From a virus, in IMG/VR virus record IMGVR_UViG_2974553163_000001: DNA of 64,000 bases; one strand, written 5' to 3'. How positions within the stretch are numbered: position 1 is the first letter of the stretch; each line of letters starts with the position of its first letter. A program made the translations under genes and the position numbers. This document shows positions 37,093 to 45,911 of this stretch, piece after piece. The notes below the pieces were generated by a model. That model was not told the origin of the DNA. It worked only from the letters and a program-made list of their open reading frames with translations, and searched no databases.

Positions 37093-38145
37093 ATGTCAAG
37101 TATTGATGAAAAATTCAAAAAGGTGATCGCAGAGTCAGCGGCTCCTGAAGAAGTAAAAGAAGATGCTGCAACTGGCGATACCGCTATTAAGAAAGGTGCA
37201 GTTCCTCCACAACCTTCTCCACTGTCAAACAGTACAACAGAAGTAGGTGGATCAACAAAAGAGAAACCCGAAGGACCTGATAACGTAGGTGCTAAGGCTG
37301 CTGCTCCAGTAGCAACAACAGGAGATTCTACAATCAAGACTAAACCAAGTGGTGCGTCATCAGCAATGCCTGGTGCACTAAGTGGTAAGATCTTTGATGA
37401 TGTAGAAACAGAAGGTGAAGCAATCACCGAAGATCAAGTCTCAGAAGACATCGCAGCTATTCTAAGCGGTGCTGACTTAGACGAAGAATTCCAGAAGAAA
37501 GCAACAACAGTCTTTGAGGCTGCAGTATCTGCAAAGGTATCAAAGGAAGTTGCTAAACTAAAGGAAACTGCAGAAAGCAGGATCAGTGAAGAACTTGAAG
37601 CCGTAAAGGAAGAGTTCTCTGGTCGTATAGAGAATTTCCTCTCATATGCTTGTGAAGAGTGGATGACTGAGAATGAGCTTGCTATTGAAGCAGGACTCAA
37701 AGCTGAAGTCACCGAAGCATTTATGGGTGGATTAAAGAAATTGTTCATTGAAAGCAACATCAATGTCCCAACTGAAAGTTTGGATATTGTCGCTGATATG
37801 AGCGAGAAATTAGATGACATGGAGACCCGTCTTAACACTCAAGTTGAGAAGAATCTAGAACTTCATGAGGCAGTAGCATCCTATCGTAAAAATGAGATTT
37901 TGAATGAACTATCAAGAGGACTTGCAGAAGTCCAAAAGGATAAGTTCACTGGCCTTGCTGAAGCAGTTGAATTCAAGACTGAAGAGACGTATCGTGAGAA
38001 GTTGGAGCAAATCAAAGAATCTTACTTCGGTGCTAAAAAGCCAGAAGTGAAGGAAGAGATCTCCGATGAGCAACCAGCTACACCAAGCGAAGTCGTAAGC
38101 GAGAGTATGAACGCATATGTTCAGCAACTTGCTAAAAGACTCTAA
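37093..38145 (+). CDS. g22: Prohead scaffold protein gp22
   Basis: Acidic coiled coil with EEFQKKATTVFEAAV and EEWMTENELAIE motifs, between g21 and g23. Confidence 0.93.
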   Translation: MSSIDEKFKKVIAESAAPEEVKEDAATGDTAIKKGAVPPQPSPLSNSTTEVGGSTKEKPEGPDNVGAKAAAPVATTGDSTIKTKPSGASSAMPGALSGKIFDDVETEGEAITEDQVSEDIAAILSGADLDEEFQKKATTVFEAAVSAKVSKEVAKLKETAESRISEELEAVKEEFSGRIENFLSYACEEWMTENELAIEAGLKAEVTEAFMGGLKKLFIESNINVPTESLDIVADMSEKLDDMETRLNTQVEKNLELHEAVASYRKNEILNELSRGLAEVQKDKFTGLAEAVEFKTEETYREKLEQIKESYFGAKKPEVKEEISDEQPATPSEVVSESMNAYVQQLAKRL

Positions 38146-38187
38146 ACAAACTGTAAACCCAAACAAACAATTAGGAGTTTGATCCGC

Positions 38188-39555
38188 ATGTTTAATGCAG
38201 AAAGTCTCCAGAAGAAGTGGGCACCAGTACTTAGTCATGATGGTCTTCCTGAGATAAAGGATAACTATCGTAAATCTGTTACTGCAATTCTTCTTGAGAA
38301 CCAAGAAAAAGCACTACGTGAAGAGCGTGCAGTGCTAACAGAAGCACCAACAAACGTTGGTCCTATCAACACACAAACCACTTCAGCTGGTGCTGTAGAT
38401 GGTTTCGATCCAATCCTTATTAGTTTGATCCGTCGTGCTATGCCTAAGCTTATTGCTTATGACATCGCGGGCGTTCAACCTATGTCAGGACCTACTGGAC
38501 TTATCTTCGCGATGAGATCTCAGTATACAAACCAGTCTGGTAACGAAGCATTCTTCGACGAACCAGATGCTCAGTTCTCTGGAACAAAAGGTGGTACACC
38601 TCCAACAGCAACTACTGAGAAGAATCCTGGTTTGATCAACGATGCCACAGGTGGTGGTACAACTGAAGGTAACTATGATCTAGCATCATCTAAGTTTACA
38701 ACTTCAGAGCAAGAATCTCTAGGAGATTCAACATCTAATGCCTTCATGGAGATGGCATTCAGCATAGACCGTATTGCTGTTGAAGCAAAAGGTCGTGCCT
38801 TAAGAGCAGACTACTCAGTTGAACTTGCTCAAGACTTGAAAGCGATCCACGGATTAGATGCCGAGTCTGAGTTAGCAAACATTCTCTCAACAGAGATACT
38901 TGCTGAAATCAACAGAGAAGTTGTTAGAACCGTTTATAGAGGTGCCAAGCCTGGTGCTCAAGCAAACGTTGCTAACGCAGGTGTGTTCGACTTAGACGTT
39001 GACTCAAACGGAAGATGGTCAGTTGAGAAATTCAAAGGACTAATGTTCCAGATTGAGAGAGACGCAAACGCAATCGCACAGGAAACTCGTAGAGGGAAGG
39101 GTAATGTAATCATCACATCTGCTGATGTTGCTTCTGCTCTTGCTATGTCTGGTGTTCTTGACTATGACTCAGGAATCTCTGGTGCAGTTGGTGGAATCGG
39201 AGAGATCGACGACACAGGAAACACATTCGTTGGAACACTCAACGGACGTTTCAAGGTCTACATCGACCCATATTCAGCTAACGTATCTGATAATCAGTAC
39301 TACGTTGTAGGATACAAAGGATCTAATGCATACGATGCAGGATTATTCTACTGTCCTTACGTTCCGCTACAAATGTACAGAGCAATCGGTCAGGATACAT
39401 TCCAACCACGTATCGGGTTTAAGACTCGTTACGGAATGGTTCTTAACCCATTTGCTAAGGGACTAACAGCTCTATCTAATAGTGACCCACAGCATTCTAC
39501 AAACTTGAATGCTAACGCTTACTACAGAAGAGTTAGAGTTGCTAACCTAATGTAA
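38188..39555 (+). CDS. g23: Major capsid protein gp23
   Basis: AGVQPMSGPTGLIFAMR and ELAQDLKAIHGLDAE motifs. AGGAG precedes in-frame ATG 38188 (MFNAESLQKKW). Confidence 0.98.
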   Translation: MFNAESLQKKWAPVLSHDGLPEIKDNYRKSVTAILLENQEKALREERAVLTEAPTNVGPINTQTTSAGAVDGFDPILISLIRRAMPKLIAYDIAGVQPMSGPTGLIFAMRSQYTNQSGNEAFFDEPDAQFSGTKGGTPPTATTEKNPGLINDATGGGTTEGNYDLASSKFTTSEQESLGDSTSNAFMEMAFSIDRIAVEAKGRALRADYSVELAQDLKAIHGLDAESELANILSTEILAEINREVVRTVYRGAKPGAQANVANAGVFDLDVDSNGRWSVEKFKGLMFQIERDANAIAQETRRGKGNVIITSADVASALAMSGVLDYDSGISGAVGGIGEIDDTGNTFVGTLNGRFKVYIDPYSANVSDNQYYVVGYKGSNAYDAGLFYCPYVPLQMYRAIGQDTFQPRIGFKTRYGMVLNPFAKGLTALSNSDPQHSTNLNANAYYRRVRVANLM

Positions 39556-39575
39556 TCACGTTACATATCTTTTCA

Positions 39576-39603
39576 AGAGACTCCTTCGGGGGTCTCTTTT
39601 TTT
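39576..39603 (+). terminator. Rho-independent terminator after g23
   Basis: Stem AGAGACTCC / GGGGTCTCT with a C(UUCG)G tetraloop, followed by a T run. Confidence 0.9.
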
Positions 39604-39620
39604 GTGAGCACCTCCTAACA

Positions 39621-39627
39621 CTAAATA
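39621..39627 (+). promoter_or_regulatory. Late promoter variant CTAAATA
   Basis: Immediately after the g23 terminator and before AGGAGG and ATG 39649. Confidence 0.6.
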
Positions 39628-39648
39628 ATATTACAGGAGGCTAAGACG

Positions 39649-39816
39649 ATGAAGATAGAATTCACATGGGACGAATACGAAGTTCCAGAATACGATCCAG
39701 AAAAACATGATCCAGAGAGGGTCTTTGCTTTTCTGTGTTACCGTGGTGTTCATTATGCAAAGTGGGTAGTCCTAGATCCTTTTAAGATTAAGTCTTGGAG
39801 AGTCAATTGGGACTAG
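39649..39816 (+). CDS. 55-aa small protein with an LxYRGxxY motif (not in the ORF track)
   Basis: Manual translation MKIEFTWDEYEVPEYDPEKHDPERVFAFLCYRGVHYAKWVVLDPFKIKSWRVNWD. Strong AGGAGG RBS and its own late promoter. Confidence 0.75.
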   Translation: MKIEFTWDEYEVPEYDPEKHDPERVFAFLCYRGVHYAKWVVLDPFKIKSWRVNWD

Positions 39817-39924
39817 GCATTTCTTTTTGTTAAGTAAATGACCGACTAGGTATAAATTTTTTAGTAAATAATTATATAGAGTTCGGGGGAAAGGTCATGA
39901 ACCAATCCTTTATCATCACGATTC

Positions 39925-39949
39925 GGGGAGGGTAAAACCTCCCCTTTTT
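39925..39949 (+). terminator. Rho-independent terminator-like hairpin
   Basis: GGGGAGG-gtaaaa-CCTCCCC followed by TTTTT. Confidence 0.75.
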
Positions 39950-39956
39950 AATGCGA

Positions 39957-39963
39957 CTAAATA
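39957..39963 (+). promoter_or_regulatory. Late promoter variant CTAAATA
   Basis: About 23 nt upstream of ATG 39986, just after a terminator. Confidence 0.55.
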
Positions 39964-39985
39964 TAAACAGATATAATCTTTTATC

Positions 39986-40576
39986 ATGACACCGATAAAA
40001 TGGTTTGCTGCTACAATAGGAGTAGTAATAGGTGTATCACACATTGGTATGATTGGCATGATTGCCAACAGAAAGGATGGTAAGTTACCTGATCTAGACA
40101 TACCTGTAGGTCCTTATACTTCTTACGTAGTGTCAGCAGACAAAGAGGGATACAAGATCAGTTATACTGCTAACGATCCCAAGACAGCGTACATAACTAA
40201 GGACATCAAAGAGAAGGGTGGTTTCTTAGGACTTGCAAATGAAACTACTAAGGTAGTAGAAGAATACTTTATGGATGGACAGATCAACCAAGGTGCACCA
40301 GTATCTAATCAAAGATCATGGATTGCAGACCTTGACACATTTGTCAAGAATAACCCAGAACTGTCACAAAAAGACCTTGCCTGTATCAAGGCAGTTGGGA
40401 GTGCAGAAGGAACTGGGAGACTGGTTGGGACTAGCGTTGGTGCTGCTGCTGCTCCTACTCTTTCCTCTATTCCCTTTGTGGGTTGGGTTGCAGCTGGTTG
40501 GGTAGCAATGTTCGGTGGAGAACAGGGTGCTAACATCGGTGGTAACATGGCTGAAGATTTAAACAAGAACTGCTAA
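39986..40576 (+). CDS. Putative membrane protein with a C-terminal glycine-zipper-like region
   Basis: Hydrophobic N-terminus (WFAATIGVVIGVSHIGMIGMI) and GxxxG-rich C-terminus (GRLVGTSVGAAAA...GGEQGANIGG). Confidence 0.65.
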   Translation: MTPIKWFAATIGVVIGVSHIGMIGMIANRKDGKLPDLDIPVGPYTSYVVSADKEGYKISYTANDPKTAYITKDIKEKGGFLGLANETTKVVEEYFMDGQINQGAPVSNQRSWIADLDTFVKNNPELSQKDLACIKAVGSAEGTGRLVGTSVGAAAAPTLSSIPFVGWVAAGWVAMFGGEQGANIGGNMAEDLNKNC

Positions 40577-41121
40577 TGGCACAATTTGCACCAAAAAATA
40601 AAAACTTTTTATCCCCTGTTGGATTTAAGTTTATAATGAGTAGGACACCTAACGTGGACTACTTTTGTCAATCTGCCTCTATACCAGAGGTAAGTATTGG
40701 TGTAAGAGAAATTAGTACACCTGTCAAAGACTATACTGTGCCAGGTGATAAGATGACCTTTGGTGATCTTAACTTGAGATTCTTAGTTAATGAAGACCTA
40801 GACAACTACTTTGAGATATACAAATGGTTGAAGGGTCTTACTAACCCCATGAACACAGGAGATTTTCAGAAATATATTGACGCTGTAGATGAGAAAGGTA
40901 GGGATACTGACTTTACAAAAACCATGTCAGATGCTAGACTATTAGTATTGAACAGTAATTACAACAGTATTGCTACAGTTAATTTCTTTAACATATTTCC
41001 TACGAGTTTAACTACTCTAGAGTTTGATGCATCAGCAACAGACATTAATTACTTTACAGCAGAAGTTAATTTTAAATATACTATCTACGAGATTACGGAT
41101 AAAGATCAGATTAAAGTATGA
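40576..41121 (+). CDS. g3: Tail tube terminator / tail completion protein gp3
   Basis: NFLSPVGFKF...YFCQSASIP...PGDKMTFGDL...FLVNEDLDNY pattern; lies before uvsY as in T4-like cyanophages. Confidence 0.85.
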   Translation: MAQFAPKNKNFLSPVGFKFIMSRTPNVDYFCQSASIPEVSIGVREISTPVKDYTVPGDKMTFGDLNLRFLVNEDLDNYFEIYKWLKGLTNPMNTGDFQKYIDAVDEKGRDTDFTKTMSDARLLVLNSNYNSIATVNFFNIFPTSLTTLEFDASATDINYFTAEVNFKYTIYEITDKDQIKV

Positions 41122-41531
41122 ATCTAGAAACTTTGAATGATATGTGGGAGAAAGATTCTCCTTTAGATGATGAAAAACTAGACCACGACTCGTTATCCAT
41201 ACCCAAATTACATGCTAAATATTTAAGACTTTACAATAACTTTGTCACTCTCAGAGATCAGGCAGAGTTAGAAGTGAAGCGTACTTACCGTGACAGGTGG
41301 GAATACTATACAGGGAAATCGGAAAAACCTTTTCCAATGAAACTGATCAAGACAGATGTAGCAATATATCTGGAAGCAGATCAAGAATATCAAAAGAGTG
41401 TCCTTAAGGCAAAGTATTTAAACCAGATGGTCGAAGCAATCAAGACCATTCTCTCGGCAATTAACAACCGTTCTTTTCATATAAAGAATGCGGTTGAGTT
41501 CGCCAAGTTCCTTAAAGGATATGAAATCTAA
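41118..41531 (+). CDS. uvsY: Recombination mediator UvsY
   Basis: SLSIPKLHAKYL...YYTGK...YLEAD...INNRSFHIKNAVEF motifs. Confidence 0.9.
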   Translation: MNLETLNDMWEKDSPLDDEKLDHDSLSIPKLHAKYLRLYNNFVTLRDQAELEVKRTYRDRWEYYTGKSEKPFPMKLIKTDVAIYLEADQEYQKSVLKAKYLNQMVEAIKTILSAINNRSFHIKNAVEFAKFLKGYEI

Positions 41532-42999
41532 TGTATTCATTCAGAAAAAGAATGAAGTTTATTTGACAGTTCAATGCGAACCTCATGTACAGCATGAGTT
41601 AGCAGACCAATTTACCTTTGAGGTGCCAGCTGCGAAGTTCATGTCAGCTTACAAAAAGAGGTATTGGGATGGAAAAATCAAACTCTTCAGTCCTGCTACA
41701 GGTGAGATATATGTTGGTCTTCTACCTTACATTATTGCATTTTGCGAAGAGAAAGGATACGAGGTTATCCATAGAGACAATGAATACTATGGTCTTCCAT
41801 CAGAGATGGATGAATTCGTTACCCCTCAAGGAATAGGAGATTACATAGAGACTCTTAACCTACCGCATAAGGTCAGAGACTATCAGTACAAGGGAATATA
41901 CGAAGCACTCAGACACAAAAGAAAACTATTACTGTCTCCCACTGGTTCTGGTAAGTCCTTAATGATCTATGCACTCACTAGATTCTGGACACTCAAAAAT
42001 TTAAAAACACTTATAGTAGTTCCTACTACATCTCTGGTAGAACAGATGTACAAGGACTTCAAGGACTATGGATGGGATGTAAAGACTCATTGCCATAGAG
42101 TCCGTGGTGGTATAGAACCCGCTACTGACAAGGATGTGACAATAACCACATGGCAGTCAGTATACAAACTACCAAGACAGTTCTTTGAGGACTTCGGTGC
42201 TATCATAGGTGACGAAGCACATCTATTCAAAGCAAAGTCTTTGACCAGTATCATGAATAAATTGTATGACTGTAAATACCGCGTTGGTTTTACAGGTACG
42301 CTTGATGGTACAGAAACAAATCGCTTAGTGCTCGAAGGTGTATTTGGCACAGTCAATAAGGTTACTAAGACAGAAAAACTTATTAAGGATGGGCACCTTT
42401 CTAAATTTCAGATAAAAGTATTAATACTAAAGCATAAGATAAAACCATTTGATACCTACCAAGAGGAGATGGACTATCTTGTAGAGCATCAGCAAAGAAA
42501 TAAGTTCATACGTAACCTAGTTTGTGACCTATCTGGTAACACACTCGTCCTGTTCAACTACGTTGAACGGCATGGTATGCCACTTTTTGAGTTGATAAAT
42601 AGCAAGGTAGGGGATAACCGTAATGTCTTCCTCGTCCATGGTGGTATAGATACTGAGGATCGTGAGAAGGCAAGACAGATTGCCGAGACTACAACTGATT
42701 CAATTATAGTGGCGTCTTATGGGACTTTCAGCACTGGTATTAATATTAGGAATTTACATAATGTTGTCTTTGCATCGCCTAGTAAAAGCAAGATAAGAAA
42801 CTTACAATCAATTGGTAGGGTTCTTAGAACTAGCACAAACAAAACAAAAGCAACTCTTTATGACATAGCAGATGATATGTCTAAAGGTCGCAAGAACAAT
42901 TACACACTAAATCATCTAGTTGAAAGAGTTAAAATATATAATGAAGAAAACTTTGATTATGAATTCATTGATGTCCCAATCAGAGAGAACAATGGATAA
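41521..42999 (+). CDS. uvsW: SF2 RNA/DNA helicase UvsW
   Basis: SPTGSGKS, GDEAH, GFTGT, YGTFSTGINI and QSIGRVLR motifs. In-frame ATG 41521. Confidence 0.96.
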   Translation: MKSNVFIQKKNEVYLTVQCEPHVQHELADQFTFEVPAAKFMSAYKKRYWDGKIKLFSPATGEIYVGLLPYIIAFCEEKGYEVIHRDNEYYGLPSEMDEFVTPQGIGDYIETLNLPHKVRDYQYKGIYEALRHKRKLLLSPTGSGKSLMIYALTRFWTLKNLKTLIVVPTTSLVEQMYKDFKDYGWDVKTHCHRVRGGIEPATDKDVTITTWQSVYKLPRQFFEDFGAIIGDEAHLFKAKSLTSIMNKLYDCKYRVGFTGTLDGTETNRLVLEGVFGTVNKVTKTEKLIKDGHLSKFQIKVLILKHKIKPFDTYQEEMDYLVEHQQRNKFIRNLVCDLSGNTLVLFNYVERHGMPLFELINSKVGDNRNVFLVHGGIDTEDREKARQIAETTTDSIIVASYGTFSTGINIRNLHNVVFASPSKSKIRNLQSIGRVLRTSTNKTKATLYDIADDMSKGRKNNYTLNHLVERVKIYNEENFDYEFIDVPIRENNG

Positions 43000-43369
43000 A
43001 GTAGAATTTCTAGCAGCAATCAAACTGGTATCGGGAGAGGAACTACTCTCTATGGTGACATCTGTTCATGATGAGAACGGAGACTATATCATTGTAGAGA
43101 ACCCAATAGAAGTAGAAGAAGTTATAATGCCAAACAAACAGGCGGGTGCAAAAGTACAACCTTGGATGAAGTTCTCAAGAGAAGAACAGTTTGTTATTCC
43201 CAAAGAACATATCATTACAATCGTTGAAGTAACTGAAGAGGTGGCAATCTTTTACCACATGTCTCTAAGGAAATTGAACAGTGACTTTATAACTGACGCT
43301 AAGGGTAAAATCTCTACCGTTGATGAAGCTCGTATCAAACTTGATAAGATCTTTAAAAAAGGTTCTTAA
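42992..43369 (+). CDS. Hypothetical protein, possible Sm-like fold
   Basis: IKLVSGEELL...IIVENP...PWM pattern shared with three ORFs at 57.9-59.4 kb. Confidence 0.6.
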   Translation: MDKVEFLAAIKLVSGEELLSMVTSVHDENGDYIIVENPIEVEEVIMPNKQAGAKVQPWMKFSREEQFVIPKEHIITIVEVTEEVAIFYHMSLRKLNSDFITDAKGKISTVDEARIKLDKIFKKGS

Positions 43370-43394
43370 ATGTCCCTTGAATTCGCACACTCAT

Positions 43395-43423
43395 AGTGTA
43401 ATGCTTTTTTGACATCTTGTCAA
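43395..43423 (-). promoter_or_regulatory. Antisense sigma70-type promoter
   Basis: The minus strand reads TTGACA-N17-TACACT (reverse complement of 43418-43423 and 43395-43400). Confidence 0.6.
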
Positions 43424-43431
43424 CCCCCCGC

Positions 43432-43460
43432 TTGACAGCAGGGTTTTTTTGTTATAAAAT
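43432..43460 (+). promoter_or_regulatory. sigma70-type promoter for g55
   Basis: TTGACA (43432-37), 17-nt spacer, TAAAAT (43455-60), 22 nt before the g55 ATG. Confidence 0.8.
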
Positions 43461-43482
43461 ATAAACATAACGTACAAAATAC

Positions 43483-43953
43483 ATGAAACGTAAAAGAGTT
43501 GTATCGGAGCATTATGTAAACAATAAAGAATTCTTAGAAGCACTTGTTGTATTCAAAGCGAAATGTCTTGCTGCAAAGGAAGCGGGTGAACAGCGTCCGC
43601 AGATCAGCAATTACATTGGAGAATGTTTTTTAAAGATTGCTACACATCTATCATACAAACCAAACTTTGTCAATTACATGTTCCGAGAGGATATGATATG
43701 TGATGGCATTGAAAACTGTGTGCAATACATAGAAAACTTTAACCCAGAAAAATCTAAGAACCCCTTTGCTTATTTTACTCAGATAATATATTATGCGTTT
43801 CTACGTAGAATACAAAAAGAAAAACGTCAGTTGGAAATTAAGAATAAGATACTAGACAAGTCTGGTTACGAGGTTGCCTTCCATACAGATGACAAGTCAG
43901 GTTCCTCAGACTATAATACAATTAAGGAGAACGTGCAGATAAAAATTAAATGA
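43483..43953 (+). CDS. g55: Late-transcription sigma factor gp55
   Basis: HYVNNKEF, YIGECFLKIA, NFVNYMFREDMICDGIENC and NPFAYFTQIIYYAFLRRI motifs. Confidence 0.96.
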   Translation: MKRKRVVSEHYVNNKEFLEALVVFKAKCLAAKEAGEQRPQISNYIGECFLKIATHLSYKPNFVNYMFREDMICDGIENCVQYIENFNPEKSKNPFAYFTQIIYYAFLRRIQKEKRQLEIKNKILDKSGYEVAFHTDDKSGSSDYNTIKENVQIKIK

Positions 43954-44603
43954 CCTATCCTGTGACAATCGTTGATAATTTCTTTGACGATCCTGATGCT
44001 GTTGTAGAGATGGCAGAGGGTATGCAATATTATAATCCTAATACTGGTAACTGGCCAGGTACAAGAACTAAACAAATCTATGTTGAGAACTCAAGATTCT
44101 TTGATATGTTTGGTACTAAAATACATAATCTATTTTACGAGAGTCCTCCAGAGTATTGGAATTTACAATGCCACTTTCAAAAGATTATGCCATTCTGTGA
44201 GGAGAAATATTCTAACAGAAATCGTGGGTGGATACATCAAGATCATGATACGTGGTTTGGTGGTATAGTATATCTGACAAAAAATCCAGAGTCAGACACA
44301 GGAACATCTATTTACAAGACAAAGAATGGATGGTCTTTTCAAAAACAAGAAGAACTTAACATGAAAGAAAGACTTTACAAAAGTGAAATTGTAGATGATA
44401 ATGAATATGAAGAAGCATTTAGTGCAATGAGAGATCAGTATGAAGAGACAGTGAGTGTAGCAAATGTCTATAATAGATTTGTTTTATTCAATGGCACTAC
44501 TCATCATGGTGTTCAGACCTTTGGAACTACTCCTAGATTAACTTTAAACTTTTTTGGTATGGGACAGTATGGTAAATTACCACCACTATTGAGAGCAAGA
44601 TGA
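43950..44603 (+). CDS. 2OG-Fe(II) oxygenase superfamily protein
   Basis: IVDNFFDDPD start, WIHQD (HxD), GGIVYL and NRFVLFNGTTHHG distal His. Confidence 0.75.
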   Translation: MTYPVTIVDNFFDDPDAVVEMAEGMQYYNPNTGNWPGTRTKQIYVENSRFFDMFGTKIHNLFYESPPEYWNLQCHFQKIMPFCEEKYSNRNRGWIHQDHDTWFGGIVYLTKNPESDTGTSIYKTKNGWSFQKQEELNMKERLYKSEIVDDNEYEEAFSAMRDQYEETVSVANVYNRFVLFNGTTHHGVQTFGTTPRLTLNFFGMGQYGKLPPLLRAR

Positions 44604-45646
44604 AGATAGCAATAATAACAGATCAGCACTTTGGTGCAAGGAAATCTAGTCGTGTCTTCCATGACTTCTTTAATAAATTTTATAAGAATACATTCTTTCC
44701 TACCCTAAAAAAACGCGGGATCGACACAGTATTGGACTTAGGAGATACCTATGATAATCGTAGGACTCTAGATCTATGGGCAGCAAACTGGAGTAAGACA
44801 GAATACTTTGATAAGTTAAGAGACATGGGTATCACAGTTCATTCTCTTGTAGGTAATCACACAGCATATTTTAAAGATACCAATGACGTTAACACTCTTG
44901 ATGGTATTATTGGCGAGTATAATAATATTCATATCTACGATAAGGCAACAGAGGTAGAGATAGGTGGGTTGCCTATTCTATTCATACCATGGATCAATCA
45001 ACAAAACTCAGAAGAAACTTATAAAAAGATTGAAGATTCTAAATGTCCTGTAGCAATGGGTCATCTAGAACTCAATGGTTTTGAAGCACATCGTGGTTAT
45101 ATCATGGATCATGGTGACAGCACAGCACCATACAGACACTTTGAAAAAGTATTCTCAGGTCACTTCCATCGTAAGAGCACTAGAGGTAACATATCATACC
45201 TAGGTAATCCATACCAGATCTATTGGAATGACTATAGAGATCAACGTGGATTCCATATCTTTGACACTGAGACATTAGAACTAGAGTTTATAAAAAATCC
45301 ATATGAAATATATGAAAAGATATATTATCATGAGGACAATATACAATCAGGTATGTTTAAGTATCATGAATATACTCAGAAGTTTATTAAGATCATTGTA
45401 GAAAAGAAAACTGATACAGATAAGTTTGAAAGATTTATTAGTAAGTTGTATGCTGCAGGAGTTCATGAGATTAAAGTCATAGAAGATCCATCATTTGAAC
45501 AGGATCTAAGTGAGGAAATAGATATAGAGAAAGAAGATACTCTGACAATATTAGAGAGGTATGTTGATGACATGGAACATTCTGATAAGGATGCATTAAA
45601 AAATATACTCAAGTCATTATATGTTGAGGCACTAGAGTTAGTATGA
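44600..45646 (+). CDS. g47: Recombination nuclease gp47 (Mre11/SbcD-like)
   Basis: Metallophosphoesterase motifs TDQHFG, LGDTYD, VGNH, GHLE and SGHFH. Confidence 0.95.
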   Translation: MKIAIITDQHFGARKSSRVFHDFFNKFYKNTFFPTLKKRGIDTVLDLGDTYDNRRTLDLWAANWSKTEYFDKLRDMGITVHSLVGNHTAYFKDTNDVNTLDGIIGEYNNIHIYDKATEVEIGGLPILFIPWINQQNSEETYKKIEDSKCPVAMGHLELNGFEAHRGYIMDHGDSTAPYRHFEKVFSGHFHRKSTRGNISYLGNPYQIYWNDYRDQRGFHIFDTETLELEFIKNPYEIYEKIYYHEDNIQSGMFKYHEYTQKFIKIIVEKKTDTDKFERFISKLYAAGVHEIKVIEDPSFEQDLSEEIDIEKEDTLTILERYVDDMEHSDKDALKNILKSLYVEALELV

Positions 45647-45897
45647 TGTATATCCTTGCAGTTACAGGTAAAGAGAAGGAGGGTGCTTACGCTGTAGATG
45701 AGAATAATAAACGTAAAGTTTACATGTTCCTTGACAAAGACGACGCAGTACGCTATGCTGGCCTTCTGGAAGCTGATGACTTTCCAGATATGTCAGTTGT
45801 AGAAGTCAATGATCAAGAGATCATAGAAGCTTGTGTTAAACATGGACATGAATATTATGTTGTCACCCCTGACGATATAGTAATTCCTCCTAGGTAA
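45643..45897 (+). CDS. Hypothetical protein between g47 and g46
   Basis: 84-aa acidic ORF with ATGA overlap. Confidence 0.7.
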   Translation: MMYILAVTGKEKEGAYAVDENNKRKVYMFLDKDDAVRYAGLLEADDFPDMSVVEVNDQEIIEACVKHGHEYYVVTPDDIVIPPR

Positions 45898-45911
45898 TAA
45901 TTTTTGTCTGA

